This document shows positions 29,492 to 39,249 of a stretch of 59,889 nucleotides of DNA, one piece after another. The notes beneath the pieces are model-generated. The model ran no database searches and was not told the origin of the DNA. It worked only from the letters and a program-made list of their open reading frames with translations. The stretch is from the NCBI RefSeq assembly GCF_022712095.1, contig NZ_JALAHD010000085.1, positions 1 to 59,889 of the forward strand, in the 5' to 3' direction. The number at the start of each line of letters is the position of its first letter. Position 1 is the first letter of the stretch. Origin of the DNA: Chryseobacterium sp. GTDB lineage: Bacteria; Bacteroidota; Bacteroidia; Flavobacteriales; Weeksellaceae. Made by a program: the position numbers and the translations under genes.

Positions 29492-30982
29492 CTATCGGTT
29501 TTTCTTTTTACGTCTTTTCTTTTGCTCCTCTTCTCTGGGGTCTTTTCCTGTTCCTCCTGATGATTTATTGAATTGAAAAATCAAGTCATTGATGCTTCTG
29601 TCCAGTTCTTTTGAAAGCTTTTCATTTTGGATTACTGAAACCTGCTGGTGATTTTCAGCCGGATTCAGGAATATTTGATAATCTTTTTCTCCGATCAGCT
29701 GTTCCAGTTCTCCTACATAATGTAATTTTGAGTGTATCGCATAAAATTTACCGTCTTCGGACTTTATAATGTGAACATCTTTTACGTTCTGTGTTCTGAG
29801 ATATTGCTTTACCTCACTCCTGACAGCGCCAAATATTTCTTTATTTTTTCTTTTTTTAGTTTCAAAAAGCATAAAATCTTTTGGTATATGGTCTGGATTC
29901 TGACGTTTCAAATGCTCTAGTAGGACTTGCTTAGAAGCTTCATCTCCTATATTGTAATCCTTTAAGCTTTCAAAAAGCCTTTTGTCAATGACATCGGAAG
30001 TGAACTCAAATAACTCGTTCATTTTCATAATCTCGCTTCCTTTATATATCGATCCTGTCTTATGGTCAATTAACGTATATCCAAAAGGTTTGAGATTTAC
30101 AGCAGTTTTTACTTTGTCAGAAGTATGGAATACAATATCAATCCCGAAAACATCCCGCAACTTTTTCTGAAGCTCACTCTCAAATTCAATTTTCGCCTTC
30201 CAGTTCTCGTTGTGCTTTTCTTCCGGGAATACGCCTTCCTGAGCCCTGCGGTCTTCAACCTTGAACACCTTGCATGAATACAGTTCTTTGTATTTTAAGA
30301 GAATCGCTTTTAACTGCCATGTCCTGGAATCTTTTTTTTGACTGCTGAAGTTGAGCCGGGCGGCGTTAATGGTTTTTTCCCAGGCTCCGTTTTTCAGGAT
30401 ATCCAAGGCTCCCTCATCATTCTTATTGGGAGAAAGCCGGAATCCGTTTCTTTCTAAAAGCAGTTCCAGTTGCTTAAGAGAACCATATCGGTAGCCCAAT
30501 AATTTTTCTATTTTCTCCTGTGTACTTAATCCATACAGCTTCTCCATTACACGACTTAATGCTTGTTGTGCTTTAAGCCTTTCGTAGCTGTCACCTATTT
30601 TCTTTCCGGTCTGTTTACCGACACGGGTAGAAACAATGTGTGTGTGGTTATTTTCCGTATCATTGTGGAACACCACAATAAAGGGCTGCTTTCCGTACCC
30701 GAGCTCATCCATAAAATTTTCTGCGATACTGGTAAGCTCTTCTTTGTTATGCTCCCGGAACTTCGTGGAAATAACAGCATGGAACTGAGGCTTCTTTACC
30801 CTTTCATTCTTTGAGATGGTTCTCAAATACTCCCGCACTTCTTGCTGGCTGCTGTCCTTGTTAATGATGGAAGGAAAATTTTTCATCAGCATCAGCTCAC
30901 CACTCCCTTTCTCTACCTTTTTATCATTATACTCAACTCCCGGAAAGCCGGAACCCGCAGGTTCCATAATTTTTACGATCAA
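29492..30982 (-). CDS. mobB: Relaxase (MOBP-like, CTn MobB)
   Basis: GVEYNDKK catalytic Tyr, FHAVIS, HNDTENNHTHIVSTRV; TTG start. Confidence 0.92.
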   Translation of the reverse strand: MIVKIMEPAGSGFPGVEYNDKKVEKGSGELMLMKNFPSIINKDSSQQEVREYLRTISKNERVKKPQFHAVISTKFREHNKEELTSIAENFMDELGYGKQPFIVVFHNDTENNHTHIVSTRVGKQTGKKIGDSYERLKAQQALSRVMEKLYGLSTQEKIEKLLGYRYGSLKQLELLLERNGFRLSPNKNDEGALDILKNGAWEKTINAARLNFSSQKKDSRTWQLKAILLKYKELYSCKVFKVEDRRAQEGVFPEEKHNENWKAKIEFESELQKKLRDVFGIDIVFHTSDKVKTAVNLKPFGYTLIDHKTGSIYKGSEIMKMNELFEFTSDVIDKRLFESLKDYNIGDEASKQVLLEHLKRQNPDHIPKDFMLFETKKRKNKEIFGAVRSEVKQYLRTQNVKDVHIIKSEDGKFYAIHSKLHYVGELEQLIGEKDYQIFLNPAENHQQVSVIQNEKLSKELDRSINDLIFQFNKSSGGTGKDPREEEQKKRRKKKNR

Positions 30983-31042
30983 TTTTTATGGTAATATTAA
31001 CCGCCTACTTACGGATTATACTTAAGGTTTGTTCCTTTTATT

Positions 31043-32299
31043 TTATATGCCTAAAATTTGTTTGATCTGTATTTTTTGTGCCGGGGTTGCCGTCTCGAGA
31101 ATGGATATGAAGGCCGCCACATTATCGTTAATTAATCCCAGTTTGCCATCCGGTCTTGCAACGACTTTCAGGGTATGAGAAGTATCTGATTGCGGTACCA
31201 TATGATAGGTAGGATTGAGATTCAGTGTCCCATTGATCTTGAGCCATCGCTCAGCAAAGTCCCCGATGATCAAACCATTGGTCCAGGAAGCGCTCAGGTC
31301 AACGACGTTCTCTGTTCCGATAGCTTCGGAAGGAACCAGGCTTGCATTGCTGTGTATGACCAGCCTGTTGTTTACAGTTTCTACAGTATTTACCGTATTG
31401 CTGTGCCCGGCTCCTGTTCCGATAAATACATTGTTTTCTCCCCGGATATAGCCTCCGGCCTGCGCCCCGAGCATTACATTTTTGCTTTCCGTCGTAATAA
31501 ACTGCCCCGAAGACTGACCTATAATGGTATTATAGCTTCCGGTATTCAAACTGTTCAGGGCCGACTGGCCTATTGCTATATTCTTATATCCGGAAGTCAG
31601 TTTTGTCAGGGTTGCATTTCCAAGTCCTACGTTCACATTTCCCGTAATAATTTTTCCGGCATTGGAAAGATCATATCCCGAAATATGGCCGATAAAGGTA
31701 TTGTATGCTCCGGTTGTCACTCCATTCAGACTGTAGCTTCCAAAGGCAACATTCCCTGAAGCAGTGGAGAGCTTCTGCAGGGCTCCGTATCCGTAAGAAA
31801 GATTATACGTTCCCGTGTGCATCTGGTTCATATTTCCAAAATACATCGAATAGGTCTGCGGATTCATTCCTAAGGCAGCATCTGTTGTACCTTGTTTTGT
31901 GATGACGCTTCCCGTAAACGAAATATATCTCGGAGCAAAGTTTCCTCTTTCAACTACATCATATAAGCTCCCATAAAGCGGCTCCCATACCGAACCGTTG
32001 AAATAATAATAGGTATTAGGACTTTTGATATGGACAACCTGACCGGAAAGTACCGGTGCTGCTTCGGTTACATAGACCAATGCTCCTTTTTGCAAATTTG
32101 TATACGTATAGGTAGCCAACTCGCTTCCTTTCACTCTTGGAGCAATAATTCCATCCAATGCTTTGCCTTTATCCGTATTGCCAATAACATCAAGGGTTGC
32201 TGCTGGACTGGTGGTATTAACACCGACCTGAGCCCGAATATTTTCGGTCACTAGAAGAAGGAAAAATAATCCTGCCAGGTTACATATTAATTTTTGCAT
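31043..32299 (-). CDS. Secreted adhesin-like protein with beta-roll/beta-helix repeats
   Basis: Signal peptide, QVGVNTTSPAATLDV, about ten 14-aa repeats of the type G-x-N-x-x-(I/L/F)-G-x-x-A. Confidence 0.7.
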   Translation of the reverse strand: MQKLICNLAGLFFLLLVTENIRAQVGVNTTSPAATLDVIGNTDKGKALDGIIAPRVKGSELATYTYTNLQKGALVYVTEAAPVLSGQVVHIKSPNTYYYFNGSVWEPLYGSLYDVVERGNFAPRYISFTGSVITKQGTTDAALGMNPQTYSMYFGNMNQMHTGTYNLSYGYGALQKLSTASGNVAFGSYSLNGVTTGAYNTFIGHISGYDLSNAGKIITGNVNVGLGNATLTKLTSGYKNIAIGQSALNSLNTGSYNTIIGQSSGQFITTESKNVMLGAQAGGYIRGENNVFIGTGAGHSNTVNTVETVNNRLVIHSNASLVPSEAIGTENVVDLSASWTNGLIIGDFAERWLKINGTLNLNPTYHMVPQSDTSHTLKVVARPDGKLGLINDNVAAFISILETATPAQKIQIKQILGI

Positions 32300-32323
32300 A
32301 TTATTAGATTTTTGCTGTTTGTT

Positions 32324-32686
32324 TTATTTTCCAATCATGGAATAGATCTTTTTAAAAATGCTATTCTGCTCTTTTTTTAACTCAATAATCTGAGTCAACT
32401 GCCTGTTGAAATAGTCTACTTCTGAAGAGGTTATAGCTTTCATTGAATTGACATACCGGGCTACCTGATTGATGTTCGTTTCTATCTTTACAAAAATGTT
32501 GTCCTGCTCTTCAATGAAATTCAAAACTTTCCGCCTCTCATCATCCAGAATCCTGTTTTCTACTGAATAGATAATCAGGCTGGACAAGGAGATTTGCTTT
32601 TCTGAGCAGATTTTCTTCCAGTTGTCTTTTCTGGATTTTTGAATTCTTATAATAATCAAGTCTTCTTTTCCTCTTTCCATTTTCAA
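32324..32686 (-). CDS. Relaxosome accessory ribbon-helix-helix protein (MobA/MobC family)
   Basis: IIIRIQ N-terminal strand, KIETNINQVARYVN. Confidence 0.85.
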   Translation of the reverse strand: MKMERGKEDLIIIRIQKSRKDNWKKICSEKQISLSSLIIYSVENRILDDERRKVLNFIEEQDNIFVKIETNINQVARYVNSMKAITSSEVDYFNRQLTQIIELKKEQNSIFKKIYSMIGK

Positions 32687-33030
32687 TTTATCCTATGGTA
32701 AAATAACTTTAGTGAAGCTTTATCCGATTTAAACAGCTCTGCGCTTCTTGGCAAGTAAGGGTTAATATTTCCTCTCTGATAAATAACAGAAAAATAAATC
32801 TGTGTTTTCATTTTGCTTTCTGATTAAAATTTCTTCTGCAAAATTGGGGCATAAAAATCGTGAAAACAATAGTATTCATCGGGCGTGGGCTAAATAAGAA
32901 CGTGCTGGGCTTATCTGGAATATGGGAAGATTAAAAAAGAATATACTGGGCTAATTTGGAATATTGCTCCTGATTTTCCCCGAAACAAAAAAACAAGTTC
33001 CGCTGTTTTTTCTCCTTTTTGCAAAAAAAG

Positions 33031-33089
33031 GCAAGATCGTCTTTGAAGATACAACTTGAAAAGTTTGTATATACAAAGACACATCTTGC
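33031..33089. other. Candidate origin of transfer (oriT) hairpin
   Basis: GCAAGATcGTCTTTG...CAAAGACacATCTTGC with inner ATACAACTT/AAGTTTGTAT stem, upstream of the mob genes. Confidence 0.6.
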
Positions 33090-33250
33090 TCTGTAAAGCC
33101 GCCCACTTTTTTAGAACTCTGAAAAGCGCATACACCAAAACATAAAATACTAATAACCAGCACCTTGATTCCATTTGACCATTTTTGCTCTTGAAAGAAA
33201 AAGATATTGTAAACATTGAAGTAGGGAGAATACACTGAACCTGTATCCAT

Positions 33251-33606
33251 TTCACTCAGGGTAAGTAGACAACCTGATACATTTTTACGCAGGTTCTGTA
33301 ATAGGGGTGGGCAAAATTTACACAGGTTAGAATAAAACATGGGTAATTTTTACGCAGGTTGCAGCTTTGACAATTAATATTCAAGATCAGAATGTACCTG
33401 ATACTTTTTTATGCAGGTCTTATAATAAGGTGGATAAAAATTACTCAGGTTAGGAAAAAACATGGGTAACTTTTACGCAGGTTCCAATTTTTGCCGGTAA
33501 TTATTTAAGATCAGACATGTACCTGATACTATTTTGCACAAGCGATACAATAAGGTGGGTAAAATTTACGCAGGGTCAGCTTTAGCCTGTTACTATTTTA
33601 CTCAGG
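33251..33606. repeat. Hierarchical repeat array: ~124 bp units each holding three TTTACGCAGG-like boxes
   Basis: Units start ACCTGATAC at 33272, 33396, 33521; boxes at 33251, 33284, 33317, 33349, 33408, 33440, 33472, 33533, 33565, 33597. Confidence 0.85.
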
Positions 33607-33742
33607 CAAGGAATGATATCATATGATTTGTGCAAGCAGTACTTGCACTATTGTAAACTACTTCAAAAAAATATTTTATAAAATTCAAAAGAATCCATTA
33701 ATTAATCGGGAACTGAAAAATCAAGTTTTGTATCTTTGGAAC

Positions 33743-34735
33743 ATGGCAGAAAGACCTCAAAATTACAATAAGACCTTATACAATTCGATTGCACAAATTA
33801 TTATTGATGCAAAATCGGCGGTTTACAGAAATACTAATTCAATAGTATTAAAAATGTACTGGGAAATTGGTAAGCTGATTATTGAAGAGGAACAAAATGG
33901 ACAAAGCCGTGCCCAATATGGAAAGTCTATACTGAAAAACCTCGCCAATCAGCTGACTCTGGAATTTGGAAAAGGATTTAATGAACGGAATCTCAACAAT
34001 ATGAGGGCTTTTTTCAATTCATTTCCAATTTGGAACGCAGTGCGTACCGAATTGAGCTGGACTCATTACAGAATCATCAGCAGGATTGAAAATCCTGAAC
34101 ACAGACTGCAATATATACTTCATTCTATCGAAGGAAACTGGAATACTCGGACGCTGCAACGAAACATTGATAGTCAATACTTGGGAAGATTGCTAAAATT
34201 TCCGGAAAATAACAGTAGAGAAACTTCACACTTTATTAAAGACCCTTATATTTTTGAATTTTTAGGGCTTCCGTCGGATAGCTCTCAGACAGAAACCCAA
34301 ATAGAATCGGCTCTTATTTCCCATCTCCAGCAATTTTTAATGGAGCTTGGAAAAGGGTTTGCTTTTGTAGCAAGACAGCAGCATATTGTAACGGATACTT
34401 CCGACTTTTTTATCGATCTTGTATTTTATAATTATTATCTTAAGTGCTTTATTCTGGTAGATTTGAAAACTCATAAACTTACCCATGAAGCTATTGGCCA
34501 GATGGATATGTATGTAAGAATGTACAATGACCTGAAAAAGAATGCTGATGATAATCCTACTATCGGAATCATTCTGTGTACGGAAAAAGATGAAACGGTT
34601 GTAAAATATTCAGTGTTGTCCGAAAATAAAAAGCTTTTTGCAAGTAAATATAGGACATACCTGCCCGATGAAAATGAGCTAAAACAACTGATTGAGGCAG
34701 ATAGGGTAAAGCTTGAACTGGATAATATTGATTAA
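33743..34735 (+). CDS. YhcG/DUF1016 PD-(D/E)xK nuclease-domain protein
   Basis: YWEIGK, LSWTHY, IKDPYIFEFL, ELGKGFAFVARQ, IDLVFY, GQMDMY, DNPTIGIILC. ATG 33743 follows TATCTTTG (-7 box) at 33731. Confidence 0.92.
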   Translation: MAERPQNYNKTLYNSIAQIIIDAKSAVYRNTNSIVLKMYWEIGKLIIEEEQNGQSRAQYGKSILKNLANQLTLEFGKGFNERNLNNMRAFFNSFPIWNAVRTELSWTHYRIISRIENPEHRLQYILHSIEGNWNTRTLQRNIDSQYLGRLLKFPENNSRETSHFIKDPYIFEFLGLPSDSSQTETQIESALISHLQQFLMELGKGFAFVARQQHIVTDTSDFFIDLVFYNYYLKCFILVDLKTHKLTHEAIGQMDMYVRMYNDLKKNADDNPTIGIILCTEKDETVVKYSVLSENKKLFASKYRTYLPDENELKQLIEADRVKLELDNID

Positions 34736-34821
34736 TACATTAACATTTTGAATTTGAAAAATATTATTAATTCTGTATCAGCTTCTTCAAAGATTAGCAA
34801 AAAAACATTAAATTAAAATCC

Positions 34822-34932
34822 GCAGCCTCTTTTAAAAACATAAGGCAACAGCTTTTGAATTGTTTTTAAATGGGGTTGCTCCGCTTTTCGCAAAAATGCG
34901 TTTCCGACCAAAAGAAGGAATTGCATTTTTGC
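34822..34932. repeat. Double-hairpin element, copy 1
   Basis: GCAGCCTC-TTTTAAAAACA...TGTTTTTAAA-TGGGGTTGC then GCAAAAATGC...GCATTTTTGC. Confidence 0.8.
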
Positions 34933-35025
34933 CACATGATTTTTCCTTAACTAAATTTTAGGTAATCTTCAATATTTTTCCATTATTTTTCACTAAATTG
35001 GGATAGTTTTATTTTAAGAAAAGCT

Positions 35026-35505
35026 TTGACCATGAAAGACTTACTTACTGATTTCAAAACTTCAGCCGAATCTGTAAATTATGAAGCCCAAGTTCATTGG
35101 ATCTCTTATGTTATTCCTGTTTTCTTTATAGTAATCGGTTCTGTGGGAGTTCTCTATTTTCTATTGCTCGGATACAAATTTATGTTGGGATTTATCGGCA
35201 TTATTTCCCTGTTTCTTATTTTTCTTTTTATCAAAGGGATCATCGCTGTAATTCGGAATAAGAATACCAAAATCTACGTTACGGATAATCATCTTTCGTT
35301 TACCACTGGGATATTAGGAAAAACACTTTCCGATCTTTCGTTAAATAAGCTTGAAGGAATGCAATTACACCAAAGCTTTTTAGGTAAAACATTAAATTTC
35401 GGAACATTGGTTGTTACTACCGGGGGAATGACTCATTCATATTTCATTGCAAATCCGATGGAGCTAAGGAATGTTTTGCTTCATTCTCAAAAACGGTCCG
35501 ATTAA
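35026..35505 (+). CDS. Membrane protein with bacterial PH domain (bPH_2)
   Basis: Two TM helices then YVTD...GILGK...QSFLGKTLNFGTLVVTTGG; true start may be ATG 35032. Confidence 0.85.
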   Translation: MTMKDLLTDFKTSAESVNYEAQVHWISYVIPVFFIVIGSVGVLYFLLLGYKFMLGFIGIISLFLIFLFIKGIIAVIRNKNTKIYVTDNHLSFTTGILGKTLSDLSLNKLEGMQLHQSFLGKTLNFGTLVVTTGGMTHSYFIANPMELRNVLLHSQKRSD

Positions 35506-35549
35506 AAAATAACTTATTAATTTGAAATTAATTGCTTTAATTTAATCTC

Positions 35550-35663
35550 GCAACCTTTTTTCAAAAACATACTCTGCTAAAATGCGGCAATGTTTTAGAA
35601 ATGGGGTTGCACCGCTTTCCGCAAAAATGCGTTTCCGACCAAAGGGAGGAAATGCATTTTTGC
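35550..35663. repeat. Double-hairpin element, copy 2 (direct repeat of 34822-34932)
   Basis: GCAACCTT-TTTCAAAAACAT...ATGTTTTAGAA-ATGGGGTTGC then GCAAAAATGCGTTTCC...GGAAATGCATTTTTGC. Confidence 0.8.
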
Positions 35664-35691
35664 CGCCCGAATTTTGATTTGACTGATGAAT

Positions 35692-35724
35692 AAAAAAAAG
35701 CACCCGGAATAATTCCGATTGCTT
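35692..35724 (-). terminator. Intrinsic terminator of the ssb-PRTRC operon
   Basis: Minus strand AAGCAATCGGAA-TTA-TTCCGGGTGC followed by T8. Confidence 0.7.
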
Positions 35725-35748
35725 CAAAACAGATTTTACAAATATATG

Positions 35749-36171
35749 TTACAAATCCTGTCTGAGTAATCTCTCAAGGTTTTTTGATTTTCTGAAATGT
35801 ATATACTTGTTAAATTCGGGTGTTGTGGAAAATTTTTGCAGAGCTTTGATTGTTTCTATATCCTTTTCGGATATACATGAGATCTTAATACAGGCTGTTC
35901 CTATATCTCCGAAACAATTTTTAGGTCCGAATAGGAGTGAATAATAAGTTTCTATGGTAATCGGGCGCTGATAATGTGGAAGATTAGCCCTGCCTTCCTG
36001 ATCTTCATTCATAAACCTAAGATCTTCATCAAACATTTCCTGCGAGTAGAAAATCCCATAATCTACTCCGTTGTAATGTTCGTATGTTAGGCTATATTTT
36101 TCTTTCAAAAGTATATTGACTTCTTTTGCCATTTCAGCTTTTTTCAAATAGATGATTGTGTAGGTTCCCAT
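35749..36171 (-). CDS. Hypothetical protein
   Basis: 140 aa ORF, last gene of the leading-region operon. Confidence 0.7.
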   Translation of the reverse strand: MGTYTIIYLKKAEMAKEVNILLKEKYSLTYEHYNGVDYGIFYSQEMFDEDLRFMNEDQEGRANLPHYQRPITIETYYSLLFGPKNCFGDIGTACIKISCISEKDIETIKALQKFSTTPEFNKYIHFRKSKNLERLLRQDL

Positions 36172-36235
36172 AGTTGAAGATTTTTAGATGTTTTATGATG
36201 AAAATTAGTTGCTACTATAAAATCAGAAACTGTTT

Positions 36236-37039
36236 TTACAGTCTGATCGGCTGTGAATGAAAATTTTTCAAATTCAGGAAAAATCCTCTGTTTTCCGTTA
36301 ATCCGTTTCTGAATAATCCCCACAATAGAGAGCTTCCCATCTGTGCCAATGTTGAATTAATAAACAAATCCTGCTTTTCCAGTGCTTCTGCCAGTGAACA
36401 GCTTGGTGTATCATCGGACTCTTCGGATTGCTTTAACAAGTCCCCAAACTCATCGGTGATAAAAGGTAAATGATCCACCGTTTCATATTTCTCTGAATTG
36501 GGCTGTTTGATCGTTCCTATGGTTGACAATATTGTTTGACCAGTATTTTTGCTGTTCCCAAAATCTAGGGAATATAACGGACGGTTAGCATAATACCTGC
36601 CATTATTCAGGCTTTTTAATATATCCGCTATTTCAAATCTTGCACTCACACTGTCAACACAAGATATATAAATATTTGCTGTTATATTTTCAGAAAATTT
36701 TTCTGATTCACTCTTTTTAAATTTTTGTGTTTCTGCTTTCCAATTAGTTCCCATCCAACGGTTAGCACGGTTGATTAATGCAACGGACTTGTATAATCCT
36801 GCTTCCGATTCTGCAAAACGCTGTCTCCCTAAATTAGCATCGGTAATAATATCATCATCCCAAAGTCGCACAGACAATCCTGTGTGTCCTAATTGAATCA
36901 GGCTGTGATTCATTTCCATTAATGCTGTCAATACTTTTGAACCTGTTCCCCCTGCACCGATCAGGTTAATGGTTACAGGGTTGGTCGGATTAATCAGGTA
37001 ATTGTCTGTAAAATGAACTTTTGTTTTTTCGTTTGTCAT
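36236..37039 (-). CDS. PRTRC system ThiF (E1-like) protein
   Basis: LIGAGGTGS, DDDII..ANLGRQ, CVD, LDFGN, PSCSLAEALEKQDLFIN. Confidence 0.93.
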   Translation of the reverse strand: MTNEKTKVHFTDNYLINPTNPVTINLIGAGGTGSKVLTALMEMNHSLIQLGHTGLSVRLWDDDIITDANLGRQRFAESEAGLYKSVALINRANRWMGTNWKAETQKFKKSESEKFSENITANIYISCVDSVSARFEIADILKSLNNGRYYANRPLYSLDFGNSKNTGQTILSTIGTIKQPNSEKYETVDHLPFITDEFGDLLKQSEESDDTPSCSLAEALEKQDLFINSTLAQMGSSLLWGLFRNGLTENRGFFLNLKNFHSQPIRL

Positions 37040-37746
37040 GGCAGTATGTTTTTAAGGGTTTTATTGGTCTTTTTTAATATTTCTTTTGGAAAGGTTTTAT
37101 CAGTATCAATAAGATTTTTCCAAATGCTTACACAGTTGCCATTGGTAGGATTATGATTTAAATGGCTGAACCTGCTGTTAAAAAAATAGCTTTCCCAAGC
37201 ACGGATAAATTCCTCAACCGATGCTGAATTTTTAATATCCACACCAACTGTTCCCATGCAGACATTTCCGTTTTCATAAACATTAAAAAAGGGAGCATGG
37301 TATAAAATTGTTTTTTCTGTGGGTCTTTTGTCTGAAGTGAGAGCAAATACGGTAAGATGCTGTTTTGAAGCCATCCACAGCATAGGTGGAGTATGTGCTA
37401 TACCATTAGGAATTTCAAGGGATTCGGTAAAGAATAGTTTTACTTTTTTGGCTTTGGTATACCATATCACTGAACCCTTTTCGGTAGGATTGATATATAG
37501 AACATGGGTGGGCAGAATACTTTCAGGTTTTAAAAATGCTTTGCTTTTTTCTTTTTCCGTATTAAGCGACTTTGCAAATATTTTAGCTTCTCTTTCGCTT
37601 AAAGGATGGGCATTAATGGGATTTCCGTCTTTATCCATATCAAAATGTTCTACATAAGTATCTTTATCATCGCCTTTGGTCTGATAAATGACCAGAGCTG
37701 AAACCGGATGATACAGTGTTCCGAAGTGATCGGTTATATCTTTCAT
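37036..37746 (-). CDS. PRTRC system protein B (prokaryotic E2-like)
   Basis: AHPLS, LYHAPFFNVYENGNVCMG, WESYFFNSRFSH. Confidence 0.92.
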   Translation of the reverse strand: MKDITDHFGTLYHPVSALVIYQTKGDDKDTYVEHFDMDKDGNPINAHPLSEREAKIFAKSLNTEKEKSKAFLKPESILPTHVLYINPTEKGSVIWYTKAKKVKLFFTESLEIPNGIAHTPPMLWMASKQHLTVFALTSDKRPTEKTILYHAPFFNVYENGNVCMGTVGVDIKNSASVEEFIRAWESYFFNSRFSHLNHNPTNGNCVSIWKNLIDTDKTFPKEILKKTNKTLKNILP

Positions 37747-37773
37747 GATGTTATATTTAAATGGTATTATAGT

Positions 37774-38943
37774 TTAAATGCTGTTCAGAATATCAATTAA
37801 TCTTTCTATCAGGGGAAAAATGCAGTTTTCAAAATCAAGGTTGTCATTGCTGATATCTGCTCCGTTAAATTTTTTTTCGATGGATGGTTCTTCTATTTCC
37901 GTACATTCCTGAAATTCTGCATTAACGGAATCAAATAAAGTCTGAAACAATATTCCTTTATCATCTGCACAGAACGAAACATACTTTTCCATTGTGATGG
38001 TTCTTTCATGATAGTCCTCATCATAATCGTCATGAGCTGTATTTCTTTCGCTCCGCTGAATATTTCTGTAAATAGTAGCATCAGGAAACATTTCATAGAG
38101 GGCAAGGGTATCACAGGCTAATAAGAGACAATCGGTTTCAAAGGAATCTCTGTTTTCAAAACGATTGATTCTCTCTTTAAATCGGGCTAAATTCTGATGA
38201 TTGAATATTTTTTGCTCCACATAATCACCAATCCACTCACTTTGCTTTATTTCACGTAAGTATTCAGGAGTATCTTCGGTTTCATCATAGATAAGCCACT
38301 CCGAAATCATTTCGTACATCCAGCACAGGTAGCTTTCCTGTTTTCTGTAGTATGGGACATCTGCGATGTGATACAGATAGGAACAAACGGATTGCAAAAG
38401 CTGTACAGCCTGTCTATAATTGGGATTTTTAGATAATCGGTACAGTGGAATTATCGGAACATAATATAAAGTAGCTCCTGTATTATATCTTTCTTCACTC
38501 AACAAATACGTTTTCTTCTTATCCTGTACCAAGCGGATTTTCTCCCAATTCTTCACCTTACTTTTTAACTGCTTTTTGAAATCTTCTAATGCAAAAGCAA
38601 TATTGTAGGGAAAACCTAAATGCTTTGATTCAGCAGGTGTGATTCCGTAATGTTCGGTCAATTGGGAAAGGGACTGGTAAAAATCCCTTTCCATTTTGCC
38701 TGTTTTCTTCTCATCCTGTATGGATGGCGTGTCTATCAGCTTAGGCAGAAACGAGCATTTTAGAAAAGCATGGGTAGCATGGCTATCGGTACTGCTTTCA
38801 TTTTGTCTTTCTGTATTTCTCCTGCATCCTTTGGACGTTGCATCCAATGGGCGAACTCGCCCAACTGTTTGTTCAGTTGCTTTTGTTTTTGCTGTTCGGG
38901 AAGCTGTATTTTTCCCGATATGATTTTTTGTTGCATTCATCAT
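37774..38943 (-). CDS. PRTRC-associated protein (protein F position)
   Basis: 389 aa ORF between PRTRC C and B. Confidence 0.7.
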   Translation of the reverse strand: MMNATKNHIGKNTASRTAKTKATEQTVGRVRPLDATSKGCRRNTERQNESSTDSHATHAFLKCSFLPKLIDTPSIQDEKKTGKMERDFYQSLSQLTEHYGITPAESKHLGFPYNIAFALEDFKKQLKSKVKNWEKIRLVQDKKKTYLLSEERYNTGATLYYVPIIPLYRLSKNPNYRQAVQLLQSVCSYLYHIADVPYYRKQESYLCWMYEMISEWLIYDETEDTPEYLREIKQSEWIGDYVEQKIFNHQNLARFKERINRFENRDSFETDCLLLACDTLALYEMFPDATIYRNIQRSERNTAHDDYDEDYHERTITMEKYVSFCADDKGILFQTLFDSVNAEFQECTEIEEPSIEKKFNGADISNDNLDFENCIFPLIERLIDILNSI

Positions 38944-39018
38944 AATTTAGTGATTGATATTTAGTAAATAGTGGTTGGATCTAAAGCAGGTTACTGAAAA
39001 CCCAACCATAATAATGTA

Positions 39019-39237
39019 TCAGCCTTTTGTACCCATTACACTTTCAAAACGGTATTCTACTGTATCATTCCTGATCTGTGGTGCAGAAACTTTTGCAGTG
39101 GTTAAAATCGGATAGGTATTGGCGTAAAAATTCATGACGGCTTCTACGCTCCATTTCGGTTCTGGGTCTGTCAATCTGATTTCCTGTCCGTTATCTTTCA
39201 GGATAAAAACTCTTTCTAATTGGGTGGCGAGTAACAT
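39019..39237 (-). CDS. PRTRC system protein C (ubiquitin-like)
   Basis: LERVF...LTDP...VMNFYANTYPILTTA...GTKG-COOH. Confidence 0.93.
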   Translation of the reverse strand: MLLATQLERVFILKDNGQEIRLTDPEPKWSVEAVMNFYANTYPILTTAKVSAPQIRNDTVEYRFESVMGTKG

Positions 39238-39249
39238 AATTGTTAATTT

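Noticed and set aside
32911-33340. ORFs 32911-33255 and 32951-33340
   Set aside because: They overlap the oriT hairpin and repeat array, have no recognisable motifs and are probably spurious
33251-33606. CRISPR array
   Set aside because: Sequences between boxes are themselves repeated, boxes are only about 10 bp and degenerate, and no cas genes are present
35542-35727. 61-aa minus-strand ORF
   Set aside because: Coincides with the repeated double hairpin and the terminator
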